NCBI RefSeq assembly: GCF_009914755.1
Contig: NC_060929.1
Source: the human T2T-CHM13v2.0 reference genome, Homo sapiens
DNA length: 64,000 nucleotides
Reading direction: 5' to 3' (one strand)
Below are positions 17,481-29,743 of the stretch, one piece after another (position 1 is the stretch's first letter; every line of letters starts with the position of its first letter). Made by a program: the position numbers and the translations under genes. The notes under the pieces were generated by a model. That model saw only the letters and a program-made list of their open reading frames with translations. It searched no databases and was not told the DNA's origin.

Positions 17481-18121
17481 ACTGATAGAGTTTTGATATG
17501 AGTCTGCAAGCAATTGATGTATTATGATCTCTGTGCAGTCAGACCTCTCTGCTAATGTTAATCTCTATTTGCAGCCACTCCCCAGCACTAGCATCACTGC
17601 CTCAGCTCCACCTCAGATCAGCAGGCATTAGATTCTAATAAGGAGTGAACAATCTAGATCTCTTGCATGTGCAGTTCACAATAGGGGTTGTGCTCCTATG
17701 AGAATCTAATGCCGCTGCTGATCTTACAGGAGGTGGAGCTCAGGCAGTAATGCGTGCCATGGGGAGCAGCTGTAAATACAGATGAAGCTTTGCTTACTTG
17801 CCCACCACTTATCTCCTGTTGTGTGGCCCGGTTCCTAACAGGCCACGGACTTGTACCGGTTCGTGGCCTGAAGGCTGGGGATCCTGGTCTGCACTGCATA
17901 ACGTCTTATACTTTTCTCACTTACAAATGACAATGGCAATGTGATATGCTGCCGGAGCCAGGCGTCAGGAGGCACGTTCCCACTGATTCGGGGAGCTCAT
18001 CCAGGAGGGGAAGTGCTTCTCCTTTGGTCTTTCCCCATGGCTGAGAGACACCCCCTACTCCCCGGCCATGCCCTCGTCCTCTCTGGGCTTCAGGTTTCTC
18101 ACTTATACGTTGAATGGGGGC

Positions 18122-18566
18122 TGTAGTGACTTCCTGTTGCTGCTGTAACAAACTACCACACATGTAGTGCCTTAACACAGATCTTGCCGTTTCAGAGGTC
18201 AGCAGCCAAACATGGGTCTCACTGGGCTGAAGTGAGGGTGTGGCAGGGCTGCATTCCTTCCCAGGGGCTCCAGGAGAGAAGCCATTTTCTGGCCTTTTCC
18301 AGCTTCCAGAGACTGCCCACATTCCTTGGCTTGTGGCCCCTTCACTTATCTCCTTCTCTGGCCCTGACCCTGACCCTGACCCTTCTGCCTCCCTCTTAAA
18401 AAGACCCTCTGATCACACTAGGCCCACCCAGGTCATCCGGGGTTATCTCCCATCTCCGTATTCTGAACCACATCGGCAGAGTCCCTTTTGCCCTGTAAGG
18501 TAGTATCTTCTCAGGTTTGGGGGATCAGGACGTGGACATCTGTGGGGGACCTTATGCTGCCTGCTG
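18122..18566 (-). mobile_element. ERVL-MaLR solo LTR (MLT1C/D-like)
   Basis: TGTAG..TTCCTGTTGCTGCTGTAACAAACTACCAC start; GGGATCAGGACGTGGACATCT end motif. Confidence 0.8.
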
Positions 18567-19129
18567 TGGTGGTGCACTCATCATCTCCAGAGCCCCCTCA
18601 CCTCTGCAGCAGCCAGTCAGCCTCTGTCCTCCCTCAGGGTTGTGGGAGCCCCTGCCTTCCTTTTATATATCCTTTTTTAATATTTATTTTTATTTTTAAG
18701 ACATCATGCCTAAGCCCCTGCCTTCCTGCCAGATCTGGCCTCTTCAGGGGGAGAAGTGCAGGAGATGACCACTTCAGTCTGGAAGCCTTCCTCTCTGGCT
18801 GTCAAATTCTATTCAACTTCTTAGGATTCAAGTTTAAAAAAAGGCGAGAACACTCTAATTGTTTCCTTCCTAGAATCATGTGTCTTTTGCCCCATAGCCC
18901 CTCAAAGTATAAAGACGTACAGGACATCATCGCTTCCTCCAAAAAGTTGAAGATCCAGATAGGGGAAGATGTGGGTGCCCACACAAAGTCAAGACTGTTT
19001 ACTTCCAGGCAGTTATCAGCTGTGTCATCCTGGGCAAGTAACTTAACCTCTTAGGCTCAATTTCTTTACCTGTTAAGTGCAAATAGTAGGACCTTCCTTT
19101 TCTCCCAAGGGTTGTGATAAGAATAAAAT

Positions 19130-19366
19130 CAGGAAGCCGAGGCAGGAGGATTGCTTGAGGCTAGCCTGGGCAGCATAGTGAGACCCTGTCTCTACCAAAA
19201 AAAAAAAAATCTGCTGAGTGTGGTGGCACATGCCTGTAGTCCTAGCTACTTGGGAGGCTGAGGTGGGAGAACTCTTGAGCCCAGGAGTTCGAGGCTTCAG
19301 TGAGCTATGATCACTGCACTCCAGCCCGGACAACAGAGCAAGACCCTGTCTCTTAAAAAAAAAAAA
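19130..19366 (+). mobile_element. AluJ, 5' truncated
   Basis: GCCGAGGCAGGAGGATTGCTTGAG...A tail. Confidence 0.9.
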
Positions 19367-20293
19367 AGGAATAAAAATTGGAGAATATATTGAAACACAA
19401 GGGTTGATTGGAATAGTATGAGACACCTTGAGTGATACCGAAGCCATCATAGGACTTGATTAAATGTGACACAAAATTATTACAGGGTCAGGGCTTGCTG
19501 TCGTTTATGTGGGTGGGGCTACTCTGCAGACGAGGACCTCAGGCTTTGAAGGCCCCTCATCATTATCATCTCCAAACTTCATGTTCTAGAACCTTGAAGG
19601 AATTGGGTGGCTGGTTTGTTGAGAGCAGGGTGAACGTACAAATGGAGGCTCCCCGCCTGCGTGTGGGGGGCCGTGTGCGCATGCAGGCGGATGCTGCACC
19701 TGCATTTCTAAGTGCCGGCCACCATTTTCCCTGCAGGCAGCCACTGCCTGGTCACACCTTGGGTCTAGGAATGTGTAACCCCCACTGCACAGTCATCCTG
19801 AGGATGATGGGCCCAGGAAGAGACCTGCATAGGCCCCTGGAAGCAGGCTCAGGGCCATTTAGGTGGGGAAATTGGGGTCCCAAAGGCATCTGCAGCCCAG
19901 GTAGGCAGGTTTCCTTACACAAGTGGACTCCCAGATCTGTGGGGAGGGAACTGCTGGAGGAGGGCCAGAGTGATGCCCCTGAAGGGCCAAGCTGAGGGCA
20001 GGGCCCTGATTGCCCAGGTCTGAAGGGCTATGGAGATATTCTAGTCAGGTGTGACAGCAGAGGTGGGCAGGGGATGGGGAACTAACTGGGTATCGTCTTG
20101 GACCTGTGAGGCCAGATTTAAGGCATAGAGTAACAGGAGCCACCTGTTACCGTGTCCTACATAAATTATAGCAAGAGGAGTATTTTCTTTTCCTCTGCCA
20201 GTTTTCATGAAAGACAGAGCAAGCCGTATTCCTTTTTCCTTGTTCTTTCTGTTTGCCTAGCAGGCAGCACTCCACTTGCTCCGCCTTACATTC

Positions 20294-20440
20294 AGTGGTG
20301 TGCTGGGAAATGCATAACAACTGGTTCTGGAGGTGGGGTGAGGTGGGAGGCTCTGAGTTGTAGCATTTTCAGGTGTCCAGGAAGTAAATATCCCCACCAT
20401 GGCCAATTTCATCCTGTTTAAGTGATGTCACTGAACGTTG
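20294..20440. mobile_element. hAT-type MER fragment (MER63-like)
   Basis: CAGTGGTGTGCTGG..ATAACAACTGG end and GTAAATATCCCCACCATGGCCAATTTCA, recalled from consensus. Confidence 0.45.
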
Positions 20441-20947
20441 TCCCCAAGCTTTAGCATTCTGCTTTACATTCTCATTTTAATCCTCAAGCAACTCTGAATT
20501 AGTTGCTGTTATCCCAGACTTACAGGCAGGAAGCAGGCTCAGAGAAGTGAAGGTTTCCAACTTAGACGTGCCAGGCTGTGCACAGGTGGGGACCTCTGAG
20601 GGGCCTGCTCTGATCTGGGTTGGGGCTGCCCCAGGACCCTTGGAGGAGCCGCCACCAGAGCAATGGTAGGTGTTGGGCCAGAGGTTGTTTAGGTGGCGTT
20701 GGTGGTGAAGGCTTTTTCTGTGAGCTTGTTGGGTTGACGATTGTGACATGCTGCCGGGAGGGTGTTGGGTAGACACATGGTTGTGATGTGGCGATGGTGG
20801 GTTAGGGTACGGTAGTGTGCGTGATGTGCTGGCTGTCTCGGGATGCGGTGTTTGTGCTGGTGATGCAGCCAGTCTCCTGTCATGGTGTGTGGCACAATGG
20901 ATTTATTTGGCTGAGGAGGCTGCATGGTGTTGCTGTGGTGTTTGCTG

Positions 20948-21332
20948 TTGTATTGCTTTGCTAGGGCTACTGTAATAAAGTACCATAGACTGGGTGACTT
21001 ACACCAGAGAAATGGATTTTCTCACAATTCTGAAGGCCAGAAGTCTAAAAGCAAGGGGTGGGCAGTCAGCTTACTTTGAGGCCTCTCTCCTTGGCTTGTA
21101 GATGGGCATCTTTCCCCTGTGAGTTCACGTGGTCTTTGGTCTGTGTGTGCCTGTGTCCTGATCTCCTCTTATAAGGGCACCAGTCATATTAAATTAGGGC
21201 CTATTGTCGTGACCTAATTTTAACTTAGTTACCTCTTTAAAGAGCCTGGCTCCAAATACAGTCACATTTTGAGGTAGTGGGTTTAGGGCTTCATCATATG
21301 AATTTTAGGGCAATGCAACTCAGCCTCTAACA
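20948..21332 (-). mobile_element. ERVL-MaLR solo LTR (MLT1B-like)
   Basis: GCTAGGGCTACTGTAATAAAGTACCATAGACTGGGTG...CTCCAAATACAGTCACATT...CAGCCTCTAACA. Confidence 0.85.
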
Positions 21333-22814
21333 ATTGTGTTTTCTGTAACTGCTGACTGGGTGGCGGTGGTGGTGATTCCTCGGTGGGGTTTGGTGTGACA
21401 GTGTTTGTGACCTTGTGAAGATATTTGTGTGTGTGTTTAGTATGATGGTATCCTATGCCAGTGGTTGTACTGTGAACATACCTGGTGCTTAAGGTAAAGG
21501 CGCTGGCTGTGGTGGCGTTGCAGGAGGTGTTTGGGGAGATGGTCTTTGTTGCAGATATTTTCTATTGGGGTATGATGCTTGGTGTTTGTGAGATATTGTT
21601 CTGCCTGTGTACCAGCTCTGCCCATGCTTAGAGTTTTTGGTTAACAGTGTTGGCTGGGCTGATGCTTTCAGTCTGTACCTTCTTGGTGTTTGGGGCAACC
21701 CCACAGGCTGCAGTTCAGGTTGTGAGGCAAGGACTGCTGTGGTCGTGTCTTGTGCAGCCAGATGAGAGCTACATGTCTCTTACTAATCCAAACAGCCTCC
21801 AGAGGAAACAAAGCTGTGCCTCCTGAAGCTTGATGGAAGCTGCTGCATGACCCCGGCCTCCTGCCGGCCTGTCTGCCATGTTTTGTGCAGCTGGTGCATG
21901 GGTGAGCCTGGCAGCTGACCCTCCTCAGCCAGTGCTGCCTACACAGGGGAAGACACCTGCGGCTCCTGCTCTGCCCCGTGGGCAGGAGTGGGGCAAGGCA
22001 GCGTCTACTCTTAGGTGTGTCTCAGCCTGGCCCCTGCCTGGCTGGTTGCTCTGTTCTAGCCTGGTCCCTCCCAGGTCCCTCCTCACAAAAGGCAGCTCCA
22101 CCTTCACAGACAGGGGTCAGGAGGAGGACAGACAGATGGAAATCACATATCCAAATCAGTGTGTAGTTACGCACTGAGAATGTGAGGAGGCTAACAGACA
22201 CGGTGATGGGAGGCAGAGCGGCCGCGGGAGGGACTGAGATGGGGCCGGCAGGGTGGCCATGTGCTGGAAATGGATGTGTGAGGTGAAGCGCTTGGAGGCG
22301 TGGGGGAGGCTCAGCTCCCATCCCTCTCAGATGGGAGCTGAGTGCAAACTTCAGGAGGGAACTGGCTGCCCAGCGTGTTGGTGACTCTCATGAGAACTGG
22401 GGACTGTGGGCGGGGCTCAGCCTGCCCCACCTCTGCTGCCAGGCACCCCACTGGCATTTCTCTGGAATGTTGGTGCTCTGTCCCCAGATGCATGGCAGCC
22501 TGTACCTGCCAGTCAGAAAGCAGGTGTCCAGTAGTGAGCCTCAGGGCTCCAGCCTGAGCCCTCCTGCTTTGGCCACTGTAGCACCAGTTAAGAGAGCAAA
22601 GAAGGTACTTGTCCTGGGTCCCCCTTTCAGCTCTGACCTGAATTCCCTTTGGGGAGAGGCCATGGTGACATGGGCATCAGAGCCCCAGCGGAAAGTCCAG
22701 GGGTGGCACCTTGCAGCAGCCATGAGGCAGAGAGCCTGTGGAGTCCCCTGTTCCCCCCTAGTGAGGGGACACCGTCGTAGAGAAGTTTACAGAATGGGTG
22801 TCGGGGCCTGAGTT

Positions 22815-22985
22815 AAAGTTAGTGTTGCTGCTACTGACTGTGTGCACTGGGCTCCGGTTTCCTCACCTGCACAGCAGGGCTAAAAATCTGGCATAGCCCT
22901 GGGTGCTGTGAGGTTGCCATGAGATGCTACAGGTAAGGCATATAGCATTTAGCAGTGAGCCGGGCATATAGCAGCGGATCAGTAG
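22815..22985 (+). mobile_element. MIR
   Basis: CGGTTTCCTCACCTG..GTGAGG..GAGAT..AGCATTTAGCAGTGAGCCGGGCATATAG. Confidence 0.6.
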
Positions 22986-24510
22986 AGGTCTGCGGCGCTG
23001 GTAATCCTTCTGGCTTCTGGTCCCACGATGACCGGCCTGACCACAATAATCACATCCGAGCATTAGCGGGGATTGGGATGATCTCTAGGACTCCCAGCTT
23101 TGACATTCATTCATTTGTTCATTCATTCATCTAGCATGCAGGCCACACCTCTTAGGAGTTTGTCTCTATTTAGGGTGCCAGGGCTTTAGGGACCTGTAAT
23201 GACTAGGTCCCTGCCCCATGTGTGACCTGGCAGCTGGGCAGGCCTGAACCTCACCCCCTCTCCCTCCTGCCTCTGGCCCTATACTGACTTGCAGAACTCC
23301 ATTTGTAGCTGGATCCTCAGGCCTTCTCAGAAGATGACAGATTCTCCAGGATCCACTCATGGGAGTCATGGAGACCAGGCTGCTGCTTTGGGAGTTGAGA
23401 GCATTTTGTCTAGTGGTTGGGTTCTATCCCTACTCGCGCTTCCCAGGATCTAGATGGGCTCATCTGGGACTCAGTGGAGCAGCATGTCCCCACAGCCAGA
23501 GAGCCGGGCGAGCTGCAGCCACAGCAGGCAGGGGAAACTGGTTCCACAATTCCACCTAGAATTGCTTCCCCCTTCTCCCTTTGGTGGGCTGTGTTCATTG
23601 GCAGCTGAGGGTTGTGTAGGGGTGGAGTAGGGCAGCTCCCTACTGTGGAGGCCTCCTGCCAGCCCCACATGGCTGAACTATCACCTCCTACTCTGGGCGT
23701 TACTGTAGAAGCCATAACTACAGCCCAGTGGGGGCAGAGGCAGCTGAGAATGCACATTTTTCTGTGGATCTGGAGAGGGCAGGGCATAGTGGTAATAAGA
23801 GGTGATATGGAGCCTAGGTTCTTGTCCCCACTATCATCACGGCCTTGTGTAACCTTGGACAGCTTCCGTGGCCCTGCAGGTCTTCAACTTCTTTCCCTTC
23901 ACAGAGGCTCAGTGATTCTTGCCCTGCCTGCCGCCCAGGTTGCTTGGAGGATGCAGTAGGGTGACGCATGTGGCCACAGGGATAAAGGTCGTGACTGAGA
24001 TGGTGCAGGAGCTGAGATGCGCCTTTCAGCACCCATGGCAGACAGAACGAATTCAGTCTCCACACTCTTACCCCTGAGCTCCAAGAGGCCTCAGAATCTA
24101 CTGCAAAACAAGGCTTCAGGTAGTCCTCCCAATTAATTGAAGCTGACACTTGAGATAAACATTTTCTGAGAGACCTAGAAAGGCATGCTGAGTCTGCAGC
24201 TAGGCATGCCTTGTGGTAGGGGCTTTGGCTAGTGATGCCCACACCTCTTCCCTGTCCTAGGATGGGAGCCAGGAAGCACTCAGGGATCTGAGCTCTGGAT
24301 TTTCTGATCAGATTCTGCCTTTGGATCTCCTTCTCCAATTCACCCCCTACCCCCTTCTCTTTCTCCACATGCAACAATAAAGGGAGTTGTGGCATTAGGT
24401 GCACTGGACTGTCTAAAGAAAGTAAATCAGATTGGATAGAAATAAGTCCTTCCATTTTCCTCTCCCTGACCTAACAAATTCTTATGACATAACCAAGCTG
24501 TCCAAAGCCA

Positions 24511-24529
24511 GTATTGCCCCCTAGTGGTT
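24511..24529 (-). promoter_or_regulatory. Strong CTCF core motif
   Basis: Minus strand AACCACTAGGGGGCAATAC matches CCACYAGGGGGCR. Confidence 0.7.
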
Positions 24530-26308
24530 AGCATCAAGAATACATAGACTGCCCAACCCTCTTCCCCTCCACCTCCTTCTCTGCCATACCAAGATACCAC
24601 CTCTTTTCCTCTGTCATTGTTACTAACTTTCTCTTCATACAAGTATGTTTCTTTTTGAACCCCTGTACATTCTATTCTAACTCTAATAGGTGTCATAGAA
24701 AAGGCAGCAGAGTGTAGGTGATGAAAGAACATTGGACTGGGAGTAGTAGGGGCTGAACCATAGCCTCACTTCTGTTGCTAGCTTGCAATGAGACCATGGG
24801 CAAATTCCTTTCCCTCTCTGGGCCTTGGTTTTCCTATCTGCACTACAAAAATTCTGCCTTATGCAGCGTTTCCCAAAAGAGGTTCCAAAGGTTTTTTTTA
24901 TTTATTTATTTTTATTTTTTCAACTTCCAGCAGCACCCCAAAGCTTTTTAGGCTGGACAGTTTTGCATTGTGTAGGACTGCCCCAGGCACTCAGGACAGT
25001 TTGCATCCCAGATCTCCAAGTCAAATCATTGTGGTAGGTGGAACACCCACATGCTCCCTGGCAGTAATACTGCTGTGGTTGGCATTCGTTGAACTAGGGG
25101 ATCTTGAGAGCATGTGTAGGTGGTTGCTGGTTTGATGAGAGTTGGGTGGGTCGTTGGTGTCAGCTGCAGCTAGGATGCAATGAAGACATCTGGGGCCCTG
25201 GGAATGACCCACCCAGAGGCCACCATTGTAGTGTAACGGAGGCACTGTGGCCTCAGCAGTTAGCCCCACATTCACATCCCCTCTCTGCCACTTGCTAGCT
25301 CTGGGGCTTCAGACAAGTTTGAGCAGGATTGTGTATGTGGTTCTCAGTTGACAATGGAAATGGCCCCGTAACCTTTTCCTGTTGGCAGCGGACAGGGAGA
25401 GGCTCTCCTGGCTTCCTGCACTCTGCACACACATGTGTGTACACACCCTTGCTCTTGCCCAGTTCCTGGTCCCGAGTCCTTCCCCACCCTCAGCCCAGCT
25501 CTTCCATTATTGTTAATGATCATGTCCTTGTGGGGAGCCCTTTCAGTTTGCAAGAAGGAGGTTATTCCCATTGTGCAGGTGCTGGGCCTGAGCCTCAGAA
25601 GGTAGTGTGGTTTCCCTTAAGCAGCAAGGCGAGGCTAGAATTCAGTCTGAATCTGTTCTTCTTCTTGTTTTTGCTGAGGCAGTTTTGTGGCTTTTTTCAT
25701 CTACGATTTATCAAAAGCACTTAGTATATGCCCTGGCTTTAGAGTCATTTTCTCAATTTTCCCAAACACACATAGACCGACAAAGACCCCTGCTCACCAC
25801 ACATGCTCTGCCCACTTTACAGATGTGGAAACTTTAGAGGGAAGTCCAGAAACACATGCCACGGTTGCTGAGCTCTCTGTCTGCAGAACCTGTTCCCTTC
25901 CTCCCCCCACCACCCAAACTCTCCTACCTCCTTCCAAAAGCCACCACCCCCTGGGCCATTGGCAGCCCCTGCCCGGTTGTGAGGCCTGGCCTGAGTGGTG
26001 CTGACAATCAGGAGTGGGAGGGGGCCTGCCTGGCTCTGAGCTCAGGAGTGTGTTGGGAAATTCCGCCACCCTCCCACGCAGGCAGGGAAGAGTTAAGTGG
26101 CTGCCTTGTCCCTCATGGGTCCCAGAGGCCTCTTCACTCCTTTTACAGACTGGGTCTCCTAAGGAAACTGCCGGGCAGCCGGCCCCTCCCCCAGCATCCT
26201 CACATCTTGCCTTCTTTGGTCCTCTCTCCCCATGAGAACCACACCACCCAGGGCCTCTAGCTTCCCAAGATGGGGACGCTTGGAAGTAGAGATTTAAAAA
26301 CTGTCTTT

Positions 26309-26311
<3 letters not shown>

Positions 26312-26366
<55 letters not shown>

Positions 26367-26456
26367 CCGGCTGCTTGTATCCATGTAGCAGTGCCCCCCT
26401 CCCCCCCCACCACAGACACACACACAGAGTACCCGGCTGCTCATATCCATGTAGCA

Positions 26457-26495
<39 letters not shown>

Positions 26496-26587
26496 CCGGC
26501 TGCTTGTATCCATGTAGCAGTGCCCCCCTTCCCCCCCCTACAGACACACACACAGAGTACCCGGCTGCTTATATCCATGTAGCAGCA

Positions 26588-26641
<54 letters not shown>

Positions 26642-26722
26642 CCCAGCTGCTCACATTCCATGGAGCAGCAACACACACACACACACACAGAGTACCTGGC
26701 TGCTCGTATCCATGGAGCAGCA
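26312..26722. repeat. Compound VNTR: (CA)n blocks separated by six copies of a ~30-bp core
   Basis: Core GTA(T/C)CCGGCTGCT(TG/CA)TATCCATGTAGCA recurs six times between CA tracts. Confidence 0.95.
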
Positions 26723-28962
26723 TCAGCTGGGTCTCAGCAGGTGCTTTGTCTTGGAGGGGATGACAGAAGGGAGGCAGCCCCTGACCCGAGAGTGGTGAGG
26801 AGGCCTGGGTTCCTGGCAAGGCTTTAGTCTGTCTGTCTCTTACCCGCCAGTCTGCAACTCCGTGATGGGAGAAGAGGTCTGTGAGCTTCCCTGACTTAGC
26901 CTAGCCCTCCAGTGGCCAGAGAGACTCCAGAGGCAGGGAGAGGAGGCTCCAAGCAGAAGCGGGGCTCTTGGGCTCCCTGGGTTGGGGACCTTCAGGACTG
27001 TCTCATGGAGAGTACCTGCATCCCTGCCATCCCACCAGGTAGTGGCCACACAGTCCTCATGACCTCCCACAGCTGCTTGCGGCTGCCATTGGGCAGCTCT
27101 GATGGTCACAAGGGCTTCCTTAGAATAAATGAGCTGCAGTCTCAGCTCCCACCATAGCCTGGGCTTGGCGTCGTGGGCCCTCATAGAGCAAGGCTCACCC
27201 CTCCTGCAAGTCACAGCCCTTCACGCCCCTTCCTGCCCAAGCTCCCCTACCAGCACCCCAGGCCACAGGATCTGTCACTGCTTGGCTGTGGCTGGGTGAC
27301 CACAGATAAAACCTGGCACTCATGGCCTCAGTTTCATTGTTTGAAAAAAGGAAAGTTTTATGGAGTGTGTGTAGTCATAAAACCATCCTCTTTTTTCCAG
27401 GATTCCAGAAAAAGAGATTATCCAGAAAGTTTTAGAAATATCTCACAGGGGAGATGACCCATGCCTAGCATCTGTGTTTGAGAGGGAGTTTCGTCACAGA
27501 CCAGTGTCTAGGGAGCCCTAGAAAGCTGTTACTCCCAATAAGGCCTAGTTTTTGAATGTCACAAAAACTAGACTCCTCAGAAGGAGGAGACTCCTTGAGA
27601 CAAAGTCCAGACTCCTCGGGACACCAAAGGCCCATCGTGATCTGACCCCAGCCAGACTCTGAATCTGAGTGCAGCCCATGGAAAGGAGTCCTGAATTTTG
27701 AGTCTGGTCTCTGCTACAGCCTGGCTGCACTGTCTCAGATTGCCAGGCCTCTCTGGCTTTGTCTTCCCACTGATAAGATGGGGATGAGGCTTGTTAGAGT
27801 TCAGTGGGGTGAGTGCATACACCATGCCTGGCACGATCTCAGTGCTGCTCAGTAACAAATACAATGGGCACTTTGCGTCTGGGGGAGGGGCTGCCTCTTC
27901 TGCCCTCAAGGCCAAGTTTTGAAACCCCCATCTTCACAAAGTGTTGCTGGACCACTTCAGGCACCACTGCAACATCCATGCCTTCAGGAGGTTTTTATTG
28001 AACATCTACTGTATAGCACACACTAAGGATACAACAGTGAAAAGACCAGCAGGCCACTGCATCCCTGGAGCTCTCTAGAGAGAGAGAAACAAGGAGACAA
28101 ATCAGATAAAAAGCAACATGCTCTGGGAAGTCCAGGGAGGGAGGAAATAATGGGAGTCAGCTGGAGGGGGCAACAGGGAAGCCTGTTCCAGGAGTGACTT
28201 TTGAGACTACCTGGCAAAAAAGAGAATTTGAAAAGGTCTGGAGGGGTTCCAAGAGGAGGCCACAGGTGTGCTGGGGAGGAAGATGTGAGAGGCCTCCGGA
28301 GGTGGCAAGGTTAGGGCATGCCTGTGCCTTCCCACGACACTGTGTGCTGGGGTTGCCCAGGATGTATCCGGGATGCAGGGAGAGGCTTAGTGCTCCATGA
28401 TTGAGAAAGGAGTAGATGGAGCCCCTTCCCAGCCCCTTCCCCTGGCCTTGGTCTGCACAAGATCTCTCCTGTTTGCTGGTGTCATTTTCATTTCCTAATA
28501 CCCTCTGGCTGGCAGCAAGTGATTGACTGTGTCCTCAGCCCAAGATGCTGAAAGGAGGTCTGAGTGAAAGGGCTTTCCACCTAGGGGAGTGTAAGGAGAG
28601 AAAGCTGGGATGAATTCCTAGGCCCACAGGTACAAAGCCTGTTTCTGCTGCAGGGTCTGGGAGCTGGGAGACAGACGGGAGCAGAGCCGTGTGTGATTGG
28701 AGCATCGAAAACCCACACACCCAGAGCACAGGCTCCAGCGCAGGATGAGCAGCCAGAGCCCCGTGTGACCACCTGGCCCCAGGCCTGGCCGGTTCAGATT
28801 CTCATCCTTACTGGTCACCAGCTCTCAGTGTGTGACCCACGTTGGCTCTCCTGACCTTGAATTGGGTGCAGGATTTCAAATCAAGCCTTAACTAATGTTT
28901 AGTGGGCACAGTCCCAGTCTGGGAGGAAGATGTCCAGCTCTCCACTGTCTCAGCATTGAACC

Positions 28963-29120
28963 TGAGACAGGGTCCCTCTCCCTCTCCAGGCCTCGGATTC
29001 CCCATGTGTACAGTGAGAGGTTTGAACTAAAGGTCTCTAAGGCCCTTGTTGATTTGATGATCTGTTATTCCTGTTGTTCTAGTTTTGCAGGTCCTTGGCA
29101 GTGGAGGGGTAGTTGTGTGT
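28963..29120 (+). repeat. Dispersed direct repeat, copy A
   Basis: Ungapped match to 32193-32350, 134/158 identical by manual count. Confidence 0.95.
29091..29108 (+). other. Candidate 18-nt microexon A
   Basis: TGTTATTCCTGTTGTTCTAGTTTTGCAG|GTCCTTGGCAGTGGAGGG|GTAGTT. Confidence 0.25.
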
Positions 29121-29407
29121 CAGCGGTTAGATAATGTGAAGCATAGTTAATCTCAAAAAGTTATTGATAATTTTAAACATTAGGCACATTAATAGAAAGC
29201 TGGGGCCTAGAACTAGAGAGGAGATGGTTCTGTCACCAAAGTAGCCAAACAGATATGCTCTCAGAGAAAACAGAATCAAAAGCAGGATGACTGTAAAGCA
29301 GGTGTTCTTCCACATGGGTGGAGGCAGTAGAGGTGTGCAGCTCAGAGGAAACAGGCCACCTGCAAACATTGGCACGGGAGAGGCGTGGCACTGGTAAGTG
29401 GAGGTCA

Positions 29408-29743
<336 letters not shown>

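Noticed and set aside
22200-22240. NotI site as a CpG island
   Set aside because: The CpG enrichment spans only tens of bases
26312-26722. Repeat-spacer pattern resembling a CRISPR array
   Set aside because: The spacers are (CA)n microsatellite, the context is primate DNA and there are no cas genes
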